Of a stretch of DNA of 64,000 nucleotides, positions 1-11,899 are shown piece after piece. The notes beneath the pieces were generated by a model. That model was not told where the DNA came from and searched no databases. It worked only from the letters and a program-made list of their open reading frames with translations. A program made the translations under genes and the position numbers. Origin of the DNA: Novakomyces olei. Lineage: Eukaryota. Position 1 is the first letter of the stretch; the number at the start of each line of letters is the position of its first letter. The stretch spans positions 558,001 through 622,000 of the forward strand of contig JADEYG010000015.1 in assembly GCA_016906335.1 (NCBI GenBank). Reading direction: 5' to 3'.

Positions 1-319
1 TTAGGGTTAGTCAGGGCCAGTTTCTGGTTTGATAAAAGACCATATTTGGGCTTTTTGATTAATACATTCAGCAAACATAATTGCCAAGAGTTCGCTCGCA
101 CTTTAATAGTCGGCACCAGGTATACAAGCTAACACTTGTCAACTCATCATACGCTTGTGGTCATCATTGTAAGCAATGCCGAATGACACGTCACTAGCGT
201 CCATGTGACTATGAATATGATAAATGAGTCCTACCCCACCAGAATCTCTCCATACCCGCGCAAAAGATAAGGTAATACAAAACATCAATGCATTACTATT
301 CTCCAATCGTCTAATGCGA

Positions 320-1930
320 CTAGAAATCGCCCTCATCAGTTTGCGAGCTACCAACAAATTGCAAAGACCAGACACCAATAATTCCCCATAGTCCGACTTT
401 CCAGCCGCGATATAAGCTTTCGCAACCCCAGTTTTCGTTTTGCTCCTGCGTCAATGAAGCCCACACTGTGCCCGCTACACCAGCGTACTTCCGTGTGGGT
501 ACTATCATTGTGTCATTAGGGCAAACACTGAGCTGAGCAGTTCTCAACACTGTTTCCAAGGGCAATTTCACAGTTAATTGAAACACAGCGGATGCAAAGG
601 AGACGGCATTATAAGCAAAAGGCTGCGAAAATGGATCAATAGCGAATCCGAAAATATTTCTCAGGGTAAGCGGCAGAGAAAATGATGCCAGTGGAGGCAG
701 GGCTGAATGTAAAATTGTAGGAATAATGAGTTGTGAGGGGCACAGGTAAGAAGGAAGAGTTGTAATTGCACTAAAAATTGAGTAAGGAGCACGATCAAGC
801 GGAGTCATTATCGTACGGATCCGCGCAACATCGAGCGGAGTAAGTAACAGTGAGGAAAGGCAGCTCGCTGTTACCGAAGTAAACAGGGAAGCAAATGGCT
901 GAGGCGAATCCAATACGTCAAACATCGCCGGATCTGGAAGGGAAAAAATAGCTGATAAAAATGATAAAAACCATGCTTCAACAGCAGACGACGTAACCGA
1001 GTAAAGAAATGTACCAATTTGGCCTCAAAGTTAGAATTGAATTTGATAATATAATAGACTAAAAAAATAGATAAATAGATAAAAATAGATAAATAAATAA
1101 ATAATACGAAAATAATATAAATAATAACAAGATTGTTATACTGCTTTACCTTTCCATAACGCACGAGTGCCCTCGCGCACATAAATATCAGAGATTGTCT
1201 TTTTAATGCCATAGTCTGAAGTATTCGACGCAGTAGTGCGAACGTATCCGCTTCGATCTGTCGGTCGCCGAGGCTCTTCAGCTCTCGTTTTATTCTCCTC
1301 TGCAGCAAAGTATTCAGGATCAGATTCGTAATCGTCATCAAGCTCAGACGAGTTGTGGGTATCCTTGTATTAGTAAAGCTGACCAGGATATTTTAAGAAT
1401 ACACAAGGCTGAATCAACAAGAGAGATGAATCAACAAGAGATGAATCAACAAAATTATCATTATAATTTGACCGTCTTTTCGACTAAAATAACCAAATAA
1501 TACAGAATCGAGAAGATCAAAGTCCAAAGAAAGACAAAGCATCGATATCATAAACACACCAGCATCCAGCGTAGTCGATTATTAAACGATATAAATGTTT
1601 AAATACCTTTTCATCATCCAATGTTTGCTTCGCTGTTCGCTGCGGTATAAACTGGCATTGAAGCACAGTTTTTGCGACTTCAAACGGCTGTGCGACAAAA
1701 ACGCTCAAGTATTGAACAACTGCATTGCTGAAAAGGCCGCTGATATATTCGCGAGTGTTCTCAAAAGTCGTATAGTCGCCAATATCGTTTATGATATCAC
1801 CCGCGGCTGAAGTGCCACGAAGACCTGTATGCACTCCTACACCGCCATGAAACTGGCCGGTTTGTGAGTCGTCAGCTCCGAGCCAATGTGGGTCATAATA
1901 CGGCCGAAACTCGTTCGGCTTCCCCGACAT
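320..1930 (-). CDS. UGO1: Ugo1-like mitochondrial outer-membrane fusion protein (carrier-like fold); 3 exons 1930-1607, 1363-1150, 1023-320
   Basis: N-terminal NEFRPYY, AQPFEVAKTVLQC, EGTRALWKG, LTPLDVARIR and KLPLETVLR carrier-type motifs typical of fungal Ugo1. Joining exons needs an AAG and a GAG acceptor, each just after CTAAY. Confidence 0.8.
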
Positions 1931-2312
1931 GATGTATTGACTTTAGCTGGCTCGTTATTAATTTACTGCCTTCTCATTATGTACAGGCAATACTGTTTAT
2001 ACACTGTATTCCAAGTATTCTTCATCTATATAATATACTACATAATAAGTATATAGACACAATAATTGACTACACTTCTCGGAAAACACGTAACCGCACT
2101 GTTGAATATAGAAGGTTGGAATTTGCTCTTATGGTAGATTAAATGAATTAGATACTCTAGATTGCTTCAGCTGAATCCCCCGAGGGTGTGAGGGTTCGCT
2201 TGAGCTATATATATGTAACTATGTATTTTTGAGTGAGTATTCTGTAAAGCTAAAAGTCAAACAACTGACACTCATGGTTGAGTTGTCTTAGCCGGTCAGT
2301 GAGTCGGCGAGT

Positions 2313-2530
<218 letters not shown>

Positions 2531-3005
2531 AGGGGATAATAGATTCATATTTCAACACGCACAATAAAGCAGTCTTTTTGAGACAGTATATATTAAAATT
2601 GTCAATAAGTATTCTGTGTGGTGTAAATAAAATAAAAGTCTTTGCGTATTTTGATTGTGACTATAATCTAATAAAATTTGTGTATCAATAATTGAATGAC
2701 GATCCTCTACACTTGTTTCATGATCGTTTAGCTTTATTACAGAATAGTAAAAGTTCTCTTCAAATATTGCGTATGACTGTACTCGCTTTGAAAAATCTGA
2801 ATAGTTTTTACACTAGTCTCTACCACAAGAATATATGAGTCCTTTCTAAATCTATATTACTTTCCAAAACAGACGGTTGCCTCACCGGATTCCAACGCAT
2901 TTCAAAAACATTATTGTACGGAAATTAAAATACATAAAATACTCGTGCAGTGCAGTCTCTGAGCAAAAATATAGCCTCATTTAATGTATAGCTTCATTTA
3001 AAGGC

Positions 3006-5109
3006 TCAAACTTTCCCGGATTCCGGGGTTTGTTGCTGTTCAAGCCCATCAGTTCGCTCCTCGATACCTTCCAAATCGTATGCCGAAGAAAAGTCGGATA
3101 GTTTTGTTGGTGCCTTGTAGAGTTTGCGTCCAAGAACAAACCAATAAACTAAAAATTTAGTAAATCCGATCAAAAGCAGCAAATTTTGGATATACAAACT
3201 GACAGTATAGATGAAAAATATCAAGCAACCAAACAAACAATTGGCAAGCTAATGAAGTAGTCAAAACAAAAAAAAGTAGAGTTCAAAAAGGTCAGCAAAA
3301 CAATATCATTCCTTACCCAGAGCAATAAAAAGTACAATGAAAATTACAACAATTGCATAGTTCATTTCAGATCCAGAGGTGACTGGTGCAACTGCGGGAA
3401 AAGTGAAAAAGACCGTCGTGACGAGTAAAAACATGATTGCTACTCAATTAGCATATTAAAGCAGAAATCTAAAGAGAATTACAGAATATGTTGACAGGGT
3501 AACCCCAGCGACCGAGATCAAAGGCCCGAGGTCCAGGGCCGAGACCTTTTCGACGGCCAAGTACTAAAAGTACGATCGGTAATAGATACGATAAGTTGAA
3601 AGCAATCACAGAAGACGATAGAATAGCATTGAAGGCACTGCAAATAAGAATTAGTTGAGCTTAAAGAACGTTGTGGGTTATAAGATAAGTTAATATAATG
3701 GTTGTAAAAACCATAAGAATAAAAAGATAAAGAGATATGATATGAAATTGAACAAGTCGAAAGGCCATACGTTTCAGTTCCGAGGTAAATTAATCCAAAT
3801 ATTATACACAGAATGAAATCGAGGATTAATGCATTTAGGGGCAAATCAAGTTTATAATTAACCTGCCGAAAGAATTTTGAAAAGGGTAGACCTTCGTCAC
3901 GAGCAAAAGCGTACGACATGCGCGAGCTAGTCGTCATAATCGCATAAGAGGCGTTGAGAGCACAACCAATAGGAAAAACGGTAAGGCAAATTGCGCCTGC
4001 ATTATTTCTTAGTGCCTGTGAGAAAATGGTTATTATGGGACCAGCAGCTGCACTCGTAACAGCTTCGATGTCTGTGATTGTGAAAAGTACGCAAATGAGG
4101 AAAACAAATCCACTGTCAATTAGAATACGTATAATTTAATTTAAAAATTTGAATTTTGAGATATAGACATAAATATAAACAAAAACGAAAATCAAAATCA
4201 AAATAGTGATAACATTAATCACAGTTTCAAATAATTTGAACATATCTGTGAGCCTTTGTTTGAACTTGATATCAATATTAAAAATTTATTGGTATTTATT
4301 GATTGCAAAACCAGAAAAACAAAAAGACATCAATCTTACGTGAATGTGCCAATACAAACTGCTAAGAGCATGGCTTTCGGCGCGTCTTTAGCAGCGAGAC
4401 CTTCATCGAGTAGATGCACCATACTATCAAACCCAATAACAGAAAAAGCACCTTCCAGCAAAGCCCCCACAAGAAAAGCCACACCGTCTGGCCACCCGGT
4501 GGAATTAACAAAATTCCCAAACACAAAAGTCCCTGACTGAAAAGTAGGAGAAGCAACGGCAAGGGTAACAATGCAAATCAGCACGAACCCCGTCAGAGAC
4601 CAGAAAAGAGCAATTTTATTTATCCAAGCCAGCTGACGATTGAGGCAAAGATTAATGAGGAAAGCAATTATCGTGTTAATTAAAAACACGACAAAAGTAT
4701 GCCAGTTGCGCAGCTCGAAATCTGGGTGCATAAGGCTCCAAAGACCCAAGATAAGTCCGGCGTTCAAAGAACCGCCACTGGCAGTGAGAGCCCACCAAGC
4801 ACCATTCAAAATCCATCCAACTGTGTAACTTAACACCCTTCGCCAGGAAGGCGGTGAAAGCGCTGCTGTCCAATCAATTTGACCTCCAGCAGAGGGATAG
4901 ACGGCGCAGATTTCACTCAAGCTAAGAGCAACGGCAGTGTTACCTATACCACCTGCCATCATTCCCCAAACAGCACCAGAAGCGCCTCCAGAGGGGAGGA
5001 CGATTGACAGTGAAGCTGACATTGCCGTCCATGTATTAATAATGGCAAAGCCCAGGCCAAGAAGTGAGAGAAGACCAAATTTCTTGGTCAATTGGACTTC
5101 CCCCTCCAT
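3006..5109 (-). CDS. APC-family amino acid/GABA/choline permease (Hnm1/Uga4-like), 5 exons
   Basis: KKFGLLSLLGLGF, SLSEICAVYPSAGGQ, GFDSMVHL, SSRMSYAFARDEGLPFS motifs; many TM segments; four GT-AG introns restore the frame. Confidence 0.88.
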
Positions 5110-6729
5110 TATGGCAGATTTTGATGCGTTTAGCCTTATTATTTTTTATCTTCTTAGACGGGAACTCTGGTTTAGCAATTTGGAAAAATAATATGACCAA
5201 GAATAAACCTAGAAATAAAATCAATAAACCGTCAAACCCCAGCGTTATGAAACCGCAAAGCAGTGAACTGGTACTGTCTCCTGATTTATTCCTAATCAAT
5301 CTCAATCAAGACAGATTTGGGTATTATAAAAGCGATACAACTCGCAAACGCAACACTGGTCCCGTACTGGTCCAGTAAAGCACCAATCCCAAAACTCGTA
5401 GTCGAAATACGAAAAAGTCGTAGACAAAGAGGAGTTGATTGATTCTGCAGTCGAGCAATAAAAAAGGCTGCAATTATTATGAATCAAACACACCAATCGA
5501 GCGCAGTAAATTATATCCAGGCTTTTGCCTCTTTGCCTTCGCTTTATCCCGCGCAAATCCCAACGCCGTTCGCAAAGCTCTGAACCCCCAAAAACTTTTG
5601 CTGTCCTGCCAATGCGATTTTATCGAGCTTCGACATGCGTCAGCTTCCAGCTTTATTGAACTGACAGACAAAATGCGCGGTTAAACCAGAATTGCCGTGA
5701 TGCTGGTTCAAAGGCGCGGCTATCTGCCCTTGAAAAGTTGCCATAAAGGGTCTTTGCTGGCGCGTATATTGAGTATTGCTGCATGCTGAAACGAATGACG
5801 ACATTACGTAAATCTTTTTATTTTACATAAATCTCTTGTACGTAAATCTCTTTTATGGAAGGGTACATGTATGTAATAAATTAATCGATTAAATTTCTGG
5901 CAATAAGGCAGAAGAAAAGAAGTGCAACGTATAAAAGATTATTATTTTGCCGGAGGCGAAGTGTGTTTATAATCAATTTATTGATAATATCCACAGAGAC
6001 GCGCCAATTATTAATTATAATATATTCTTTGGAATCATTATTAATTGAAATATATTTTTGGAACTATTAGTCCGATCTACTCTAGTTCAGCTGAATTATA
6101 TACCATGTGAATGCATGTTTTTGGATTAGTATAGCGATATGCACAGACGGCCGTTGTACGACAGTATTTAGCAGCAAAATTTCTAGGCGACCAGTAACTA
6201 AAATGCCTAGTTGAAATACTCACGTGGGAATGCGATTATCATCCAATGTCTCCTCAGTCTTAGCCGTCGTCTATAGTTGCCTGTTTTGGCTGCACAGTAT
6301 TTTACTTACCATATTGTACGTCATGTTGGCTTATATTGGCTGAATATAATGTGAGCTGTGCCATATATTATATGCCTTCATTGGATTTGCGAATAGACAT
6401 TATAGGGTTAATAGCAGTGTACGTTTTTCTTGAAATACATGTAAGGGACGTGTACGACTTTAGAGGTATCTGGAGACAAACTCCCGCATTATAATGTTTA
6501 GTGCATTTAATATGGGACGTAAAGTGGGACGTATCTTTATGTTTTACCGACCGAACCTCTGTCTGTAGTCCGTGCACTAAATATCTCTACTACGTTATTA
6601 TTCTACAATTGCTCCATCTACTGTCAATTTCAGCTAAAATATTATTATCACATGGCCTGTTAGAGGCGTATGAATAGTCAAAAGGCAACACCAGCGGTTG
6701 CCACCAACTGGTCATTGACTAGTCACCAA

Positions 6730-9700
6730 CTAGTCCACCAGTGTCTGGAACCGTTCCTGGATTTTTGTGAGCAGGCTCTCGTAGCGCTTGGTAAGCGCTT
6801 CTTCTCCGTCAGCCTGAGGATTTTCAAACTTCATGCTGCTCAGAGCGTGCATGAGATCAGCTACCTTTTCACGCAACGAGGCCCACGAAGTCTCGTTGTC
6901 CGAGACTGCCTGGATCGCATGCGTGTAAAACGTAATCATCCCCTTCATAATGTAAAAAGTCTTGTACAGCGGGCAGTTTCTGTCATACTCAGAGTACCCA
7001 TTCTGCTGCAGGAAATCGTCCTTTATCAGCCCGGCCACATCTAGAGTGACCTTGTCCGGTTCGCTGAGTGCCGATTTGCCTACCAGCTGAATAATCTCCG
7101 CCATTGACTCCTCCTGCTGGATAATGTCCTTGATTTTATCCCTCATTTCAGTAAACCCAGGCAGTTCAGCATCGTACCAAGGCTGGAGGGCACCCGTGTA
7201 CTTTGAGTATGAGACAGATGTATTGATAGAGGGGAAATGCTTGCGCTGAGCCAGTTTCTTGTCCAGGCCCCAAAACACTTGCACAATACCCAGAGTCGCA
7301 GAAGTTACGGGGTCAGAAAAGTCTCCACCGGGTGGTGATACAGCACCAACGATAGAAACGGTTCCGTTTCGCTCTGGGCTGCCAAGGCAAGTTACACTGC
7401 CCGCTCTTTCATAGAATGAAGCTAATTTCGCACCCAGGTAAGCCGGGTAGCCTGAATCAGCCGGCATTTCTGCCAATCGGCCAGAAATTTCACGCAGAGC
7501 TTCAGCCCAGCGTGAAGTGGAGTCAGCCATCATTGCCACGTTCTTGCCCTGATCACGGAAATACTCTGCCAGCGTAATGCCGGTGTAAATAGAAGCCTCA
7601 CGAGCCGCTACAGGCATGTTTGAGGTATTAGCAACAAGAGTAGTTCGCTTCATAATCGACTCGTTTCGCCCACCGACATCGATCGTCAGCTCGGGGAAGT
7701 CCATCAGCACTTCCGCCATCTCGTTCCCACGTTCGCCACAATTGTGCACAACTGCCAAGTTTGACAAAAGGAACTCGTGGTCCGATTCACGAGGCAGCGT
7801 TACGCCATAGTAATGAGCAGGAGCAGCATTCATGCCGATACTGAACGAAAACGGCTGCGGCTTGCGTTCCACAAACGCTTCTGCGGCTCGGCACTTTGCC
7901 TGACCGCCTGTGCGGACTGAAAAGCTCTTGTTTGCACACCTTTCAAACACAGAGTCAAGCGCTTCATTCTGCTCAAAGCCTACTGTAAAAGACGGCGGAC
8001 TGTAAGAGCAGCCAGCGGTAAAGGACTCGGGGCGCCTTGTGGAGTATTGCACCCGGATTCCAAGTGATCTGGCCAGTTTGACAATGCCCGCCTGCACAGG
8101 CAGACTAGCTGCTCTGACACTGAAAGAGGTGCAAGCAGCGCTTTCCTCCACGCTTCCGTCCACGCTTCCAAGAGCATCAAAGAGACCGGCTAGAAACTGC
8201 TCACGAACACTAAACTGCTCACTGGCAAACTGCTCAGGCACACATTTGCCTGCCCGACCACGGACGCCAACGGCACAGGCAATGTCATACAGAGACCTGC
8301 CTGCCAAACTACCGCCGGGCACATTGCTCTCGCTCACGTACAGCAGCTCTCCATCCACCGACTCGTGGAATCCCTCGTCTTTTTCTTCTTCAACAGCAAC
8401 CTGACCAGACTCTGGAGAATAATCAATGCCCAGCTGGCTCCCGTACTCGCAGACACGCTGCAAAAAGTGCTCCTGTCTTGCACTAATATAGAAACTAGAC
8501 GCGTCCGGTCGGCCAGCACCTACCCAGGCACCCAGCAGGTAAGCCGCTGCCTCTGTGGCAGCCGCGCTGCCCATAATTTTCGCCAAAACTGGCCGCTCAT
8601 ACAGCACTGGGCTGATCAGCTGCACAGTACTTGCACTGACCTTGGGCGAGAGCAAAGCATAGTCTCTCGCTTCTAAATTGTAGTGCAAATCTTTTTGCTC
8701 TTTAGCAAACTGCTCTGCTTCCTGCACCGTACGGAAATCCCTCTCCGCTTGCTGAGGCAGGGAAACCATGCGAGCAGTGTGCTTGCCTCGTGCGGGAACG
8801 TGTACGTCTTGCATCTCAAAGTACGAGACACGAGTCTCCCCAGTGATTGTAGGCACATTCAAAGTTTGCAAGACAAGCAGGTGAGTAGCGTTGCAAGTGT
8901 AAGAAAGCCCAGCTGTTTCTTGCTGACCGTTCAGCTTTTCTGTTACTGTATACATCTCTGAGTAACCACGGGGCAGAGCGACTACCTCGCGGGGCTCTCC
9001 GTCTCGGCCCATAACAGAATCGCCAACGGCAATTTCCTGGACGGGCTTATCCCCACCATCTGCCATCAGAACCATAGTGTCAGCGGCAAAGCAGCCAACG
9101 TACACAATGAGATCAGAGTTTGAATATTTGCTCAGAGATTGAGAAATAACCGTCTTTCCACATCCAAAGGCCCCAGGAATAGCAGTAGTTCCACCCTGGA
9201 CACAGGGAAACAGGGAGTCAAGGACTCTCTGGCCCGTCAAAAGCGGCTGATTAGCCGACAGCTTTTCGCTCGTGGGTCTCGGTACACGTACAGGCCAATT
9301 GTGCATCATTGTAAACCTCTGCTTGCGTCCATCAAACTCGACTTCGAGCACTTCGTCCTGCAACGTGTACTCGCCTTTGTCAGCGATAAAAGTTATTGTA
9401 CCACGTGCTCGCGGGGGCAGCATGAGCTTATGGTCATGGTAAAGCGAGTTCTCCCATACAGTGCCATAGATATCACCACCGGTGATATGATCGCCGACTT
9501 TTAAGGGCCCGGGAGTGAAGCCATAAGTACGCTGTCTGTCCAATGCTTCAGTTGCAATTCCACGAGGGATGTAAATGCTCTTGCTGTGCTCGGCAATCTG
9601 CTTCAGCGGTCGCTGAATACCATCGTAAATTGTCTCCGCCAGACCAGGACCCAGCTCCACAGATAAGGGTTTTCCCGTTCGCAGTACTGGATCGCCGACT

Positions 9701-10382
9701 GTAAGGCCGGACGTTTCCTCATACACCTGAATCGTACATTTATCCCGGTCGATACGAATAACTTCGCCCACAAGAGCATCGTGTCCTACTCGCACAAGCT
9801 CGTACATGGCACATCCAAGCAGATCGGCAGCCACCACCACTGGCAATGTGTTAGAAACAATTAATTGGAAGTGCGTTAGAAATAAAGAATTGGAAGTGCG
9901 TTAGAAACAAAAATTGGAAAGGCGCCCAGTAAAAACCCTTGGCTTTGAAGCATTCAATTTTGCCAAAAGACTAAAGCAAGACACGCAGGTGTGGAAATGA
10001 ATAGACAACTGGTCGAGATCAAAGCATAGAGAAAAAGAAGGATGAATGGTTCAATAGTTCAATAGAAAAAGCCTCCAGACAAAAAAGACTCGAGACAAAA
10101 AGCACGGGTTTAAATTAGATGGTACGAGAAAGTCGTAATGGCAGGTAAGGCAAGAGCAATGAAAGCGTCGGTGTCTCGTATAACCTACCTGGCCCGGAAA
10201 CACTGAAAACCTGTATGGCGTCAATCAAATTGTAACAGCATTGCTCAACTTACATGACCGTATTCGTCTTCACGTGCCTCATCGACACGGCGAACTTCGC
10301 GCTTTGCGTTTTCTAAGCCGCCGGCCTATTAATTGGCATTAGTCTTTACGGGAAAAGATAAGACTCTGGAGCCACTCACCAT
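6730..10382 (-). CDS. VMA1: V-ATPase catalytic subunit A precursor containing an intein; exons 10382-10380 (ATG only), 10325-10254, 10210-10189, 9839-6730
   Basis: Spliced N-terminus [11 protein letters not shown]...VFSVSGPVVVA; P-loop [39 protein letters not shown]. Confidence 0.98.
7741..9093 (-). mobile_element. VDE: VMA1 intein (451 aa, PI-SceI/VDE homologue) with degenerate LAGLIDADG homing endonuclease domain
   Basis: In-frame insertion at VYVG|CGERGNE; begins [13 protein letters not shown], block B TCNATH, ends [11 protein letters not shown] followed by Cys+1; LAGLIDADG-like [10 protein letters not shown] and [10 protein letters not shown]. Confidence 0.96.
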
Positions 10383-10512
10383 CTTGTGTCTTTCCGTTCA
10401 GCACTTTAGCCGTTTACGCCGTACTATGGTGCACAATACAGGGTTTTCTTGTAGTCATGCTGATTTATTGCTTTTAATCTGGCTGTCAATACAGTCCCCC
10501 AATACGACATGA

Positions 10513-10528
10513 CCCTAACTAACCCTAA
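10513..10528. promoter_or_regulatory. Telomere-like box CCCTAACTAACCCTAA in the divergent VMA1/WW promoter
   Basis: Two CCCTAA units in a 300-bp divergent intergenic region; the same motif recurs in other promoters. Confidence 0.55.
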
Positions 10529-10679
10529 TATTGTAATTTACCGTCGCATGCTATAGATATATACCTAGAGTTTATATATATTTATTCTTTTTTACATTTA
10601 TGCTTTATATTTATTAAATAATAAATTGGTGAGGTCGCTGGCAGAGGCATTGCAATTTCAGTGTCCCTAACCGTAACCA

Positions 10680-11588
10680 ATGGCGGAGGACACTTTGCCG
10701 CCGCCAGTTTCTCAGCGCGATACTGTCTATGACGCGAAAGAGACCGATTTACTAGAGACTTTGCCTCGCAGCGCGCACGAGGTTCGACCGATTAGCAAAT
10801 CGGCGTCTCTGCTCGAGACTGACGGTATTGCAAATAGCGACACTCATGGATCCAATGATGAACAGAGTTCAGAGTCGGATAGTGCACCAGAGCCGCCTGC
10901 AGACGGAAATTACGTGCAAAATGCTGAGCAGCAATCCAAAGCCTTTACTAAAGAACCACAAGACTGTTTGGAAGGCGAATTGCAAGAGATAGAATCCGAT
11001 TCTGCTTCGGCACCGCCTCTTCCTCCGAGCGATGAAGAGGAAGAGAAGGAAGAAGAAGGAGAGCAAAGAGAAGGTGACGCGTCTGATCCAAAGGGAAAAA
11101 TAAATGAGCCCCAAATCGTTCCCTCAGCGTGGTCGGAAGACGGGATGGTGGCGGCAATATGGGACGCAGAGGCAGGAGCCTATTATTTTTGGGATCGTCG
11201 TACAAACAAGTCTACGTGGCAAAACCCGAATGAGCCAGCAGACCAAGATGACGAAGAAAGCGATAGCAATGCGCCCAATTTCAGAGCTTCTTTTAATGCG
11301 CGCACTGGCCGATTTCAACGAGATCCTTCACTAGCAGATCCTACCAGGTATACAGAAGCCGGCCGCATGTGGCGGGAAGGTATTCAGTACTACGATGTGG
11401 ATGCAGCAGAAAAGCAGCAAACAGGTCATAGCCTGCGTGAGGAAAGGAGGAATAAAAAAATGACTCGGAAAGAGTTGGAGCATTTTAAAGAGTTGAGCAA
11501 GGAACGACGAAATGCGAGAAAGCGTGCTTGGCTTGTCGCTGCTTCGGACGATAGTCGCACGTGGCGCGAGTTGCAGCGGAAACGATGA
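10680..11588 (+). CDS. Conserved fungal WW-domain protein
   Basis: WW-like AIWDAEAGAYYFWDRRTNKSTWQNP, then ASFNARTGRFQ and a basic C-terminus ending KRAWL; acidic N-terminus; intronless. Confidence 0.75.
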   Translation: MAEDTLPPPVSQRDTVYDAKETDLLETLPRSAHEVRPISKSASLLETDGIANSDTHGSNDEQSSESDSAPEPPADGNYVQNAEQQSKAFTKEPQDCLEGELQEIESDSASAPPLPPSDEEEEKEEEGEQREGDASDPKGKINEPQIVPSAWSEDGMVAAIWDAEAGAYYFWDRRTNKSTWQNPNEPADQDDEESDSNAPNFRASFNARTGRFQRDPSLADPTRYTEAGRMWREGIQYYDVDAAEKQQTGHSLREERRNKKMTRKELEHFKELSKERRNARKRAWLVAASDDSRTWRELQRKR

Positions 11589-11899
11589 GATACCTTTGCA
11601 TTTGGGGATGTAGGAGTGAGAGTACAAAGACGGCTCGATCTGAAAGTGTATTATGATGTATATAGATTGGTTTCAAGCGTAATGACCGAAAGTACCTTGA
11701 ATTATGACTTGGAGACATTCTTATTAGTAGGAGCGTAAATATCGTAGTAAGCGTTGAGAGCGAATATCGCCAATAAAGTGCTTTTTGGCCTGCTTTTATC
11801 CCTTTAATTTCTCAGATTTTTGCAATTTTCCGAGATTTATGTGACTTTATACTTCTAATGTCAACCCTTTCGGCATGCCAGACTATCCAGATTTACAAA

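Noticed and set aside
1-16. TTAGGGTTAG at the window start as a chromosome telomere
   Set aside because: Fewer than two repeats are visible, and a left chromosome end would read CCCTAA on the plus strand; better explained as an internal telobox.
2125-2206. GC-richer segment with a hairpin and CTGA, considered as a snoRNA or tRNA
   Set aside because: No canonical C box, no recognisable rRNA guide and no cloverleaf; the GAGGGT units fit a variant telobox. An Rfam scan would settle it.
9851-9920. Three roughly 25-bp repeats in VMA1 intron 3 (also repeats at 1410-1452 and 19706-19756) as CRISPR-like or element termini
   Set aside because: Simple adjacent tandem duplications without spacers, terminal inverted repeats or target-site duplications.
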